Shown: positions 36,935 to 46,900 of the stretch, piece after piece
Layout: each line of letters begins with the position of its first letter
Numbering within the stretch: the stretch's first letter is position 1
IMG/VR virus record: IMGVR_UViG_3300044642_000803
Location: 2,887 to 66,886 of that record
From: a virus
Strand: one strand, 5' to 3'
DNA: 64,000 bases
The notes under the pieces: model-generated
The model's database searches: none
Told to the model about the DNA's origin: nothing
What the model saw: only the letters and a program-made list of their open reading frames with translations
Position numbers and translations under genes: made by a program

Positions 36935-37401
36935 TGGCCACTAACTTTGCCGAATATGCCAACCTGAGGATGATCTGGACGCCGCCTGGCGCGATTGCCA
37001 ACTTCCGCGCCGGGGTGCCTGCTGCTGGCCCTGCGGTGGTGGTCGAGGCCTTTGCCAAAAGCCAGGGCCGTAGTGAGCAGGATCTGCCGGGGGTGGTTGC
37101 GGGCTCGTTGATCCTGGAGGGCTACCTCACCCGTTGGGCGCTGCTGGGCTCCGCAAGTTGGCTGGTTGCCGGGTCGTCGCTGAGCTGGAATGAGACCGGC
37201 TACAGGCCGGCTGGGATGCTGCCAGGCGCAGAAGGCAAGGCAGTGCTGACCGATCTCACCGTGCTACCCACGCTGGCTGATGGTGCCGAACAGGGGCAGC
37301 TGCGGATCCTGGAGTTCCCGTTCGGAGTCGGCGGGATTGGCAGCAAGCTACGCAAGGTCCTGGGGGACAAGTTCAAGGCGGCCTTATCCACTGCAGTGTG
37401 A
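36934..37401 (+). CDS. Putative head closure/structural protein
   Basis: Position. Confidence 0.55.
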   Translation: MATNFAEYANLRMIWTPPGAIANFRAGVPAAGPAVVVEAFAKSQGRSEQDLPGVVAGSLILEGYLTRWALLGSASWLVAGSSLSWNETGYRPAGMLPGAEGKAVLTDLTVLPTLADGAEQGQLRILEFPFGVGGIGSKLRKVLGDKFKAALSTAV

Positions 37402-37404
37402 GCT

Positions 37405-37845
37405 ATGTCCATCCGCGTTGAAACCACGGTCACAGGCCCTGGGCCTGGGGAAATGGATCGGATGCTGCAGGAGATTGCCCGCAATACCCTGATCGAACTG
37501 TTCGGCCGGTATCAGGCCAGCTTCAACCCTGCGGCGTGGAACTGGCCACGGGAAACACGGCGCCGGGTCGGAGTGGTCGGCAGCCCGCGCAACATCGTTG
37601 ACACCGGCTCCCTGCGACAAAGCGGGACCTACAGCTTTATTGGTCCCTACACCTTGGAGGCCCGTTGGAGCGCCGGCTACGCCACTGCCGTGCATGAAGG
37701 TGCCCGCCTGCGCAACGGCACCATCCTGCCCGCCAGGCCCTGGACAGATGCGGTGAGTGGCGCGGTGCAAGCTCCAGGGATCCCCGTCTATCCACTGGGG
37801 CAGCGGCTGCAGCAACGGATACAGGTGGCGGTAGCGCGGGGCTAG
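37405..37845 (+). CDS. HK97 gp10-like tail completion/neck protein
   Basis: NIVDTGSLRQS...YATAVHEG...PARPW. Confidence 0.7.
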   Translation: MSIRVETTVTGPGPGEMDRMLQEIARNTLIELFGRYQASFNPAAWNWPRETRRRVGVVGSPRNIVDTGSLRQSGTYSFIGPYTLEARWSAGYATAVHEGARLRNGTILPARPWTDAVSGAVQAPGIPVYPLGQRLQQRIQVAVARG

Positions 37846-38660
37846 GTGGATTTTTTCGCCCCTGACTGAGGTCGCGCAATGGCCCAGTGCGGGAGGCAAT
37901 GGGCCTCGGTCCCTAACATTCCCCAGTCCTGCTCAGGGTCAGGCGGGAGTTGATAGTTCCATCTACCTATGGAGCAGGCATAACAAAACCAGCAGCGACC
38001 TTGAGTGTCACGCCACCCGTCCCGCTCTTACGGCCGTTCGCTCACCGGGATGGGCTTCGGCGCGGGGGCTGCAGAGTTGCCCCAGCGGGCAAGAACGGCG
38101 TGGGCATCGGCAATCCGAGCAGCCCTGGCCTTGGCTCCGTCAAAATCGGGACAACCAAAAGCCGATTCACTCTCCATTCGCGCTCTGTGTCGATCAGCCA
38201 GGAACCTCTCTAGTTCCTGATCACTCGGCCCCTCCATCTCCGGCTCGTCCAAAGCGGCCCAGATCCGGTCGCAATCACGATCAGAAAGCCCTGTCATGCT
38301 TTGCAGGTCGTGCCGCTGAACGCCGTCTAGCAGCTGTGCCAGGGCCCATGCCGCTTCACTCGGTGCTGACGCGGCAGGCCGGCCCCAACGGGCAAGAACG
38401 TCCGTCATCAAATCACTCAGTTCACAATGAGCTGATTCCAGGCAGCCACCAATCTTCAGCCAGGTTGCCCAAGGCTCCCGGCCATAGGCAAAGGCGATCA
38501 GGCTTGCATGGTCCGGCCCCTCCCCTTCCGGCTCGTCCAGGGCGGCTCGGGCGCGTTGCAGTATTCCCGATTTCCGACCAGCCCAGTAGGCAGTATCGGT
38601 GGGTGGGTAGGTCTGAATCAGTGAAGCAAGTTCTTGGCACAAGGCACGAAAGTCGGTCAT
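37842..38660 (-). pseudogene. Modular phage protein with an in-frame TAA at 38028-38030
   Basis: Frame continues past the stop: IPVSERP*ERDGWRDTQGRCWF...HCLPHWAI to TAG at 37842. Confidence 0.6.
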
Positions 38661-38813
38661 GGTCGGTGGTGGTGAATGGGTGCTAGGGCATGGGCAGCGG
38701 TCGTAGCGTCAGACGCTCGCCCACGCCAGCGCAAAGCCCCAGCTCCCCCATCGTAAGCCATCCCCACTCCCTAAGCCACTACGGCAAACTGAGAAAACAG
38801 CACCGCCGGCACC

Positions 38814-39515
38814 GTGCCCCTACCGTTTGTCACCGCGCTAGATGTCCAGGTCCAGGACGTGGGGGACGCAACCACGGGCATCCTGCAATTCCCTGTCTTC
38901 CATGCTCTGCTGGTCGGGGAGCGCTTGCTGATGGAAGAGATCGAAGACCAGTCCACGCTGACCGACCAGTTGCAGCGCTTGGCTCAGGTCATCCAGCACA
39001 TGGACAACCTGCCCGAGCCGACCGCCAATCTTGTCGCACTACGGGTGATGTCCGCGCACAACGGCATTCCCGTGGTGCTGGAGCCACTGGAAACCATGAT
39101 TCGCAAGCGCGAGCACCGGTTGATCCATGAAATTGAAAAGTGCCAAACCGCAAAATTTCAGGCAAGGGTCACGCGGATGGTTACTGCTGCAATCCGTTAC
39201 CGACTGGGGGAAGTAGATCCTGACTGCGCCAACTGGACCGATGATGAAACCCTGAAGATGACCGAAGGGCTGCGAGATGCCATCTACAACTTTATGCTGA
39301 GAGAGCAACGCGGGGGCAAAGATCAGGAAGCGCCCGACTTGCAAGCAATGGCCGAAAACCTGGGAAAGCCCGACCTGCCCCAACCGACTGGGGCGCAATC
39401 TTCTGGAGGGTCAACGACCTCTGGCCCAACCATCAATTCTTCTCCTGTGAGCGATTCGCCTACTGCCCCGAAACGGTCGTCTGGGAAGCAATCGAAACAG
39501 GCACCCGAATACTGA
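38814..39515 (+). CDS. Tail assembly chaperone (gpG-like)
   Basis: In-frame slippery G GGA AAG at 39362-39368. Confidence 0.75.
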   Translation: MPLPFVTALDVQVQDVGDATTGILQFPVFHALLVGERLLMEEIEDQSTLTDQLQRLAQVIQHMDNLPEPTANLVALRVMSAHNGIPVVLEPLETMIRKREHRLIHEIEKCQTAKFQARVTRMVTAAIRYRLGEVDPDCANWTDDETLKMTEGLRDAIYNFMLREQRGGKDQEAPDLQAMAENLGKPDLPQPTGAQSSGGSTTSGPTINSSPVSDSPTAPKRSSGKQSKQAPEY

Positions 39516-40144
39516 GGGAACGGCAGCACGCGGCAGAACGGCCGATCGCTAATTTTCACGCCTGGTACGCCAGCGCACACCGGGACACCGATAAGCGCAG
39601 CGAGCCGTTCAACATGGAGGACTTCTGCTGGCACTTGCCGCCGACTGCGGCTGGCGATGCACCACAGGGCCCGCCGGCAGAAGCTGGTGCGGCGATGCTT
39701 GCCCTATGCGAGGCCCAGCAGGTTCCAGGGTTTGCGATGGCCTTCTACGATGCCCTTGCTACCGCCGGAGAGGGAATAACCCCACCCACTCTGCTGGCCC
39801 TGCTGGCAGATGATGCTCTGTTACTGGCCCCAGCTGAGCAGCAGGACGGCTGGCGGGGGTTGCTGCTGGCTGAAGATACGGCCGCCGGCCAGGTGCGCAC
39901 CTTCAGGATGGCGGGGGATCCGCAGCGGGTGGTGAGCTTGCTTGTGCCAGACGCTCCCGATGCTGTGACGCCAGCATGGGCGGCGGCAGGAGCATGGCTG
40001 CCCATCGCTCAATCTGCTGGTAGCACGCCTCAACCTCCTGCGCTGCCGCCTGGATTGACGGGAAGTAGCCAAGCGACCAACGGCGACCATCCCACCACAC
40101 CCGAGCCTGATACGGGCGATGGTTGTTATGAGGGCAGTGGCTGA
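39362..40144 (+). CDS. -1 frameshift extension of the tail chaperone (gpGT-like)
   Basis: The -1 frame is open from 39362 (ARPAPTDWGAIFWRVNDLWP...) into ORF 39614-40144. Confidence 0.75.
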   Translation, partial: GKARPAPTDWGAIFWRVNDLWPNHQFFSCERFAYCPETVVWEAIETGTRILRERQHAAERPIANFHAWYASAHRDTDKRSEPFNMEDFCWHLPPTAAGDAPQGPPAEAGAAMLALCEAQQVPGFAMAFYDALATAGEGITPPTLLALLADDALLLAPAEQQDGWRGLLLAEDTAAGQVRTFRMAGDPQRVVSLLVPDAPDAVTPAWAAAGAWLPIAQSAGSTPQPPALPPGLTGSSQATNGDHPTTPEPDTGDGCYEGSG

Positions 40145-40166
40145 CGCCGCGAGGATAGGAGGCCAT
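39903..40166 (-). CDS. AP2-domain DNA-binding protein
   Basis: YPRGVS...PYQARVWWDGRRWSLGYFPSIQAAA. Confidence 0.65.
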   Translation of the reverse strand: MASYPRGVSHCPHNNHRPYQARVWWDGRRWSLGYFPSIQAAAQEVEACYQQIERWAAMLLPPPMLASQHRERLAQASSPPAADPPPS

Positions 40167-40253
40167 GCCCCAGCTTTCCAGTCTAAGCCGCTGATAAGGC
40201 TTAAGCCATGGCGGCACCCTGAGAGGTAACGCCCCGGCGATGCCGGCACGAAA

Positions 40254-41087
40254 ATGTCTACGGAATGGCAGCAGAGTTTTGGCTACCGGTTCTTTTTTAC
40301 CCCAATCAAGTCTTCGGCGGCTGACCTGACCCGCATCAACCTTGGCGGGCTTGGCGCCGGCAAGTTTATCAACAACGCCACTCTGCAAAACGCGACTGCC
40401 AAGATTATCACTGCTGGCACGGGTGATACTTTCGCCTTTGGCGTTGGCGCCCATGCGATTACGAATGCCGTCACCACTACCTCTCTCGCAACCCTGACCT
40501 TCGACGCTGCCCACGGCATTGCAGTAGGCCGGAGGATCGTTGTCAAAGATCTCCCCGCCCCGTTCGCCAGTCTGAACGGTTCGTTTGTGGTGACATCGGT
40601 GACCACCACAAGCCCGCACACCCTCTCCTACGCCCTGACTGGTTCTGCGATCACCACGGCCGCCGTTGCCGCTGGTGTAGTGGCCCCCTCGCTGCTGCTT
40701 GATGGCACCGATCCCCCGTTCCGGCTGATGGGGCTGACCAATGCCCAGCCAGCCAACGCCACCACCAAAGAATCCGTCACCACCTACGATGAGGAAGCGG
40801 GTGGTTACGCCACGCCGATCCCGACCGCCAAGGACAAGACATGGGCGCTATCTGGGGTCACATCCTTTGCTGCTTCTGCGTGGCGTGCCATGCGGCTATG
40901 CGAAGAGCTGAACCTATCCGAGAAGTTGATGATCCAGTACGCCTTGATCGGCCCTTACAACGGCAACCAGGTGGAGTATGGGTATGGCATGTTCGAGTCC
41001 TACCAGCCGGAGCAGGCCGCCGGCACGGTGCTCAAGTATCAGGTGAGCTTGGCTGGCTACGGCAAGCCGGGGCTTGAACTGCTCTGA
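40254..41087 (+). CDS. Major tail (tube) protein with an inserted beta domain
   Basis: LTNAQP..TTKESVTTYD..GYAT.IPT.KDKTW...G...YQ..L.GYG.P; position. Confidence 0.75.
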   Translation: MSTEWQQSFGYRFFFTPIKSSAADLTRINLGGLGAGKFINNATLQNATAKIITAGTGDTFAFGVGAHAITNAVTTTSLATLTFDAAHGIAVGRRIVVKDLPAPFASLNGSFVVTSVTTTSPHTLSYALTGSAITTAAVAAGVVAPSLLLDGTDPPFRLMGLTNAQPANATTKESVTTYDEEAGGYATPIPTAKDKTWALSGVTSFAASAWRAMRLCEELNLSEKLMIQYALIGPYNGNQVEYGYGMFESYQPEQAAGTVLKYQVSLAGYGKPGLELL

Positions 41088-41089
41088 TC

Positions 41090-41235
41090 ATGGCGATCAC
41101 CGTTCGGGGGGAGAAGTTCGAGGGCTACAACAAGCCCAAGCGGACCCCCGTGCGAGCTTCAAGGCCCGCCATGCCGAGAACATCGCCAAGGGCACGATGA
41201 GTGCCGCCTACTGGGCTGACAAGGTGAAGTGGTAG
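41090..41235 (+). pseudogene. Internally deleted remnant of a conserved small phage gene
   Basis: MAITVRGEKFEGYNKPKRTP in one frame, RASFKARHAENIAKGTMSAAYWADKVKW in another. Confidence 0.6.
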
Positions 41236-41275
41236 GTCTAATCAGGTATCCGGAAATTCCGGACAACTGAATTGA

Positions 41276-41635
41276 TAGGCCCCGGCGATGCTGGGGCTTT
41301 TTAGTGCCCTTTATAGCTCAGCGTTAATCGGGAATCATTGCCGCAAGCCGTTTAGACTTACGATAAGCGGCGATCTCCTCGTTTATCTCCTGCTGAGTCA
41401 TTTCTTTTGATTGATTATTCGCAAGAGCAATTCTTGCCCTTTGCCAGGCATTCCGCAAGCGAGTAATGCGCTCGGACCTTTCAGGATCAAAAACAGGCAT
41501 CAGACGCCTCAGGTAGCGGGGCAATAGATACCCGCCATTCTACTGTGACCTTGATTGTTCCTAGGCCCCGGCGATGCTGGGGCTTTTTAGTGCCCTTTAT
41601 GGCTCAGCGTTAATCGGGAATCATCGCCGCAAGCC
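41276..41635. repeat. 74-bp direct repeat (41276-41349 / 41562-41635) containing a terminator
   Basis: 2 mismatches; includes GCCCCGGCGATGCTGGGGC-TTTTT and the RLAAMIPD* gene end. Confidence 0.9.
41324..41524 (-). CDS. Hypothetical protein
   Basis: Between the repeats; MTQQEINEEIAAYR. Confidence 0.5.
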   Translation of the reverse strand: MPRYLRRLMPVFDPERSERITRLRNAWQRARIALANNQSKEMTQQEINEEIAAYRKSKRLAAMIPD

Positions 41636-41954
41636 TTTCGCCTTCGTCAAGGTCTGGCGGATCGACAAACTCTCCCCGTTGCGCTTGCCCTAGGCCGCGC
41701 ATGACAGAAGCGTGGGCCTCTTTGTTCTTGAATAGCCATGCTTCAGACAGCGGACAAGGCAGCAGGGACAACGGATCTCCCGTATAACTTCCTGCGCTGG
41801 CATCAGACAACGCATCAAGCACGTCTGCCGGCGCATCAAGAGCGCCGCAAACTTGATAAACTGCGGCACAGAGGTCACGCAGTTTTTGTACTTCTACTAA
41901 GGCTGCGGCACCACGCCAGCGGCTGGAAAACAGGAAAGCGAGTAGGCGTTTCAT
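41610..41954 (-). CDS. Hypothetical protein
   Basis: EAWLFKN..A..SV.RGL.QA motif. Confidence 0.6.
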   Translation of the reverse strand: MKRLLAFLFSSRWRGAAALVEVQKLRDLCAAVYQVCGALDAPADVLDALSDASAGSYTGDPLSLLPCPLSEAWLFKNKEAHASVMRGLGQAQRGEFVDPPDLDEGERLAAMIPD

Positions 41955-42280
41955 GGTTGGGTGGTGTCAGGGGTGGGGTGGTTGCTTTGCTTGGATTTAG
42001 CCAAGACGAACGGCGTCAGCCATTCTACTACGCCTTCCTCGCAAAGGGCTGCGATGAATTCAGGGTTGTTTTCTAACAATTCCGTTAACTTGGGCGCGCA
42101 AAAAGCTACTGCTGTTTTGCCTCTGGCGCTGGCTTCAGCGTGTTGCTCGGCCAAATGAAGCCCAATACCAAAAGCATGTGGCCAATCACTAAGCTTCAGT
42201 AATGCCGCAATTCGTTCAGCGCGTTTTCTTTCTTTATGCGGAAAATTTATGCTGTCATGTGAATCCTTGTCTTTGCTCAT
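41951..42280 (-). CDS. Hypothetical protein
   Basis: Coupled ORF. Confidence 0.55.
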   Translation of the reverse strand: MSKDKDSHDSINFPHKERKRAERIAALLKLSDWPHAFGIGLHLAEQHAEASARGKTAVAFCAPKLTELLENNPEFIAALCEEGVVEWLTPFVLAKSKQSNHPTPDTTQP

Positions 42281-42453
42281 GGTGTGGTTGGGGGTGGTGG
42301 TGTTGAATCAGTGGAAAGGGCTTGGCGGATCAGCTCCCGCGCCCATACCGTTACCGGTGTGTCCTGTCGCTTGCAATGCTCACGCACGGCTGCGTAAAGG
42401 TCTGGCGCCATGGTGAGCTGAATCATGCAACGACCGTCTTTGCGGATGCTCAT
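42277..42453 (-). CDS. Small ribbon-helix-helix-like protein (58 aa)
   Basis: Manual translation MSIRKDGRCMIQLTMAPDLYAAVREHCKRQDTPVTVWARELIRQAL; ATGA-coupled on both sides. Confidence 0.55.
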   Translation of the reverse strand: MSIRKDGRCMIQLTMAPDLYAAVREHCKRQDTPVTVWARELIRQALSTDSTPPPPTTP

Positions 42454-43268
42454 AGCGCTTCACTTAAAGCAACAAACCTAAGCAGGCTCTCTTTTACGTA
42501 CTCAGATGAAGAGATTCGACGATCAGTGTCAACTTGAATCTTGCTGACACTGGCCTTACTAGGATTAAAGACAACCAGCGCACGCGCATAAACATCTTGT
42601 CTGTGATGAGTATGCAAGCCATTTCCGGTCGTTACCTGACGAGTCAAGGCTTTAGAAGCGGCGGTCATTTTATCGTAATTTGCAGATACCAAGGCCCGAT
42701 ACTGAGAGTAAACAAAATCAGTATCAGTGTTATTGATGATTTGCACTACAGCGCATAGCTTGAAAGATGCAGAGCTAAAATAGGCAACCTTTGAAGGACA
42801 GTACTGAATTAGCGCTTCTACCATGTCTTTTAATCCCGCATTTATTAACGGATCAATTTCGCGTCGCGTTGGCCGGCTGCTTCCGGTAATTATCTGCCCA
42901 GCAAGTCGAAGCACTTCAGCTACGGGCTTGGCGCAATCAAGAATATCGTGATAGCTACGTGAAATACCCCTATCCGTAACTTGATAGGCATCTTGTGGTA
43001 GACCCCATACAACAGTGGTTTCAAAAGGCGTGTCAGCAAGGACGCAAGCGTTCAGCCTGTGATGTGCGTCTCTCAACCTGCCTTGATTGTCTATGCCAAC
43101 TCCCTGGCTGGTTACCAACCAGTCTCCGCGTTTCATGGCAACCGCGAGAAGCTTGACGTAATGGGAGCGAATTGTTCTGTTACCTGGGCTGGTCGCTAAC
43201 AGTTCTTTCGCAATAGCTGGCGTAATGGTCACCACTGCGCTCTGCGGGACCTGGCTGAGGAAATTCAT
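42450..43268 (-). CDS. ParB/Srx-like N-terminal domain phage protein
   Basis: TITPAIAKELL..N.R.I..V..LA..MKRGDW..QG...GRLRDAHHRL.A. Confidence 0.7.
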   Translation of the reverse strand: MNFLSQVPQSAVVTITPAIAKELLATSPGNRTIRSHYVKLLAVAMKRGDWLVTSQGVGIDNQGRLRDAHHRLNACVLADTPFETTVVWGLPQDAYQVTDRGISRSYHDILDCAKPVAEVLRLAGQIITGSSRPTRREIDPLINAGLKDMVEALIQYCPSKVAYFSSASFKLCAVVQIINNTDTDFVYSQYRALVSANYDKMTAASKALTRQVTTGNGLHTHHRQDVYARALVVFNPSKASVSKIQVDTDRRISSSEYVKESLLRFVALSEAL

Positions 43269-43452
43269 GGGACAATACCGGCGGCAAGCCGGGTGATGGG
43301 TTATTAGGCCCGGCCATTGGCCAGGAGCGGGCGGGGGTGCAACCCCGCTTGTTCCGCATGATCGGATCATACCCCATCCCTAAGCCGTTCGCCAAGGGCA
43401 GCGCCACCCGCCCAGCAAGCCGCCCGCCCCAGCCTGTTGGGAAAGCTGCAGC

Positions 43453-43899
43453 ATGACCCTGCCCACCACTGCACAGGAGCTATACGACCTGCTAGCGGCC
43501 GATGCCGTGGTCAGCGCAGCACTGGGCACCTACACCCCCCGCAGCGGCACCACCATCCCCGCCATCGCAGTAGTGCGGCGCAATGAAGCCCTGCCCGAGG
43601 GGGTGGCCGTGGCTGGCCTGGAAGTGGTGATCCTCGCCAACCCCGACTACGCCACCGAAGCATTCGCCACGGGTGAAACGGCGCTCAATCCGCAGTTCCG
43701 GCTTTACGTGTCCGAGTGGTCGCCAGCGGGTGACTTCACGGCCCTGCAGTTGCTCACGCAGCGGATCATCGGCCTGCTCCCCGGCTGCCGTGCGGTGCCG
43801 ATCGGTGGCGATCCCCCAGGCCGTGGTATCGGGGTGCTCGATCAGTACGCCCTGAGCTGGACCAACCCCACCCAGTACGTCGTCACCCCAGGAAGCTGA
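43453..43899 (+). CDS. Putative tail terminator
   Basis: Size and position before the tape measure; LYDLLAAD..V..ALG.Y. Confidence 0.55.
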   Translation: MTLPTTAQELYDLLAADAVVSAALGTYTPRSGTTIPAIAVVRRNEALPEGVAVAGLEVVILANPDYATEAFATGETALNPQFRLYVSEWSPAGDFTALQLLTQRIIGLLPGCRAVPIGGDPPGRGIGVLDQYALSWTNPTQYVVTPGS

Positions 43900-43900
43900 C

Positions 43901-46900
43901 ATGGCAAACGAGTGGGTTGTCAAGGTAACGGCCGATGTCAAGGGGGTACTCGATGCGTCGCGGCAAATCGGGCAGCAAGGCAAGCAGGCGGGGGAGCAGT
44001 TCAAGCAGGGATTCGCCGGCAGCGACCAGACGATCGAAGGGCTGCGTGGCCGGCTGAATGAGTTAACCCAGTCCCTAAACAAAGCGGCTATCGGATCAAA
44101 GGAGTTTGCGGCTGCGCAAAAAGAAATCGCCAAAACACAGCAGGAAATCAACAATGCGCTAAAGGGGGTTGCTGCAGGGGAGGCGACTATTACCGGGCTG
44201 CGCAACAAGATGGCGGCGCTGAACGAAACCCTAGGCCAAAGCGTAATTGGTTCCAAGGAGTTTGTAGCAGCGCAAAAAGAAATCGCCCAAACTCAAGACA
44301 AGTTAAACGCAGCGATAAAGGGATTTGGCGGCAATCAAAACAGCATTGAAGGGTTAAACAACAGGCTAGCCGAGTACAATAGCATACTGCAAAAAGCTGA
44401 AATTGGCTCTAAAGACTTTGTGGCGGCACAAAGGGGAATTGCAGCAACGCAAAAGCAAGTAAATGATGCATTGAAAGGATTTAGCGCAAGCGAAAACACG
44501 ATCAACGGGTTGCGCAGTAAAATATCGGCCCTTAATGAAACCCTAGGCCAAAGCGTGGTTGGGTCGAAAGAATTTGTCGCAACACAAAAGGAAATCACTC
44601 AAACCCAGGAAAGGTTAAATGCGGCGCTAAAAGGATTCAGCGGAAGCCAAAATAGTATTGAAGGGTTAAACAATAAACTAACCGAACTTAACGGAGTATT
44701 GCAAAAAGCTGAGATTAGCTCTAAAGAGTTTGTGGCGGCACAAAGAGAAATTGCTCAAACTCAAGACAGGCTCAATGCAGCACTAAAAGGGTTTACTGGC
44801 AGTCAAAACAGCATTGAAGGGTTAAATAATAAACTAGCCCAGTATAATAGCGCTTTGCAAAAAGCAGAAATTGGTTCCAGGGAGTTTGTCGCGGCACAAA
44901 AAGGAATCGCGACAACACAAAGAGAAATCAATAATGCGTTAAATGGATTCAGCGGTAAAGAGCAAACAATTAGCGGGCTACGCAATCGCTTGTCGGAGCT
45001 AAACCAAGCCTTAGACAAAACAGCGATTGGATCACGGGCATTCAAGGAAACACAGTCGGAAATTGCACGCACACAGCTACAAGTTGATCAAGCTCTTGGC
45101 AAAACTAGCGTAGCGGTTGGTGTGCTTGGCAACGCCTTGAATGCACTGGGCTTTGTTGGGGTTACCTATTCGGTGGTTGGGTTTCTGAAGGGATCCATTC
45201 AGGGAGCGGCAGAGCTTGAAACGACCACCCGCAAGCTCTCCGCCACCCTTGGCGCCCAGGGGGCTGCTGGGGCTCTCAGCTTCGCTCGTGAAACCGCCGA
45301 TGCGTTGGGGTTGTCTTACAGAAGCCTGTCTAGTACCTTCGGCAGTTTTACCGCAGCAGCAACAGCTTCCGGCGTGCCACTGCAGCAGCAGAAAGATCTG
45401 TTTGCGTCAGTAGCAAAGGCCGGCCAAGTATTGGGGTTGACCAATGATGGAATCAACGGAACCTTTGTGGCGCTGCAGCAAATTGCCTCAAAGGGAGTGG
45501 TCTCTATGGAAGAGCTACGCCAACAGCTTGGGGAAAGGCTGCCAATCGCTCTAGCTGCGACCGCCAATGGTCTAGGCATTAGCCAGCAGGCGCTGATTAA
45601 GCTGGTGGAAACTGGCAAGCTCACATCGGCTGAGTTTTTCCCAGCAATCACCAAAGGATTAAATGATCTGACTGCTAATGCTGGCGGAACACTTACCGCA
45701 GCACAGAACTTTGCCAAGCTGCAAAACGCCTGGGAAGATCTGCAGGACAGCTTCGGAACGAGCCTACTGCCAACGGTTACGCAGCAGGTAGTAAAACTGG
45801 CCGGGGCGCTGGAAGGGTTAAAGGTTGACGTATCGGCAAGAGACTTGCGTCAGTCATTTGGCGTAACGGCCGATGAAGCAACCCAGCTTGTTGGCATCCT
45901 AAAAAACATCACCAAGGAATACGGACTTAGCGACCAGCAAGCCAAGAACCTGCTAAGTGACGCTATTGCAAACACTGGGGCCAGTCGTGATTGGTTTGGT
46001 GAACTGAACTTAGGGGGTAATCGGTTTGCTCAGGTTCAAACAGAGATTGGCGACCTAGCCAAAGATTTTGCCAGCAAACAGCGCGACATACTAGGCGAAA
46101 CCAATGCTGCCGTCGCTGCCGAATCTCAGCGACTCGCGATTGCAAAGAAGCAAAACGAAGAAAAAGTCAAAGAATTAGCAAGTCAAGCTCAGTTAGCGGA
46201 AGCAGTTGGCAGGACACTTCAGGCCGAAAATGCCGGTCGCGCAGAAGTTCAGCAGGCCGGTATCAACCTTGGCCAAGCGCTTATAGGACTAGAGGATTCG
46301 CGTTTCAGTATTATCCGCAATCGCAATAACTATGAACTACAAGAAGCGCAAAAGCGTGGTGCAAGTGAGGGTGAAATCAATGCAATCAGGCAACAAGGAG
46401 ACGAGATTGATCGAGCCGCTTTAACTTTTAAGTTTAACGCTTTACTAGCACAGCAGGACCTACAAAGGCAGATACTTGCCTTGCAGCAAGAACAAGCCAG
46501 GCTAGATGCTGGGCTTGCGTCAGACTCGGCAAGGCTAGAAGTAGAGAAAGCAAAGCTAGGACTCGAACAGGCCTCGCTGTCAAGCAATGCACAAGCCATC
46601 CAGCAAGCCGAACTCGCGCTGAGAATTGCTGAGCTTGGCACGCAATCCGCTGACTCCAAGCTCCAGATCCTCAGCAAGACCCAGGCCATCGAGTCGCTGA
46701 TTGCTGGCGTTACCAACGAAACCGCGCAAAACCAGATTAAGGCCGAAGCTGCCGCCAAGAACCTAGCGCTGTTTGCCGATGGCACCTTTCAGGCCACTAA
46801 GGGCACTAGGGACCAGTTCAACAGCTTTCAGGACTTGCTGTACCTCAATCTGGACCAGCAAAAAACCTTCCAGGGGCTGGTCAGGGACACGGGGCTGGAG

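Noticed and set aside
40167-40619. N-terminal part of ORF 39903-40619
   Set aside because: Antisense shadow of the major tail gene; only the AP2 part from ATG 40166 is supported.
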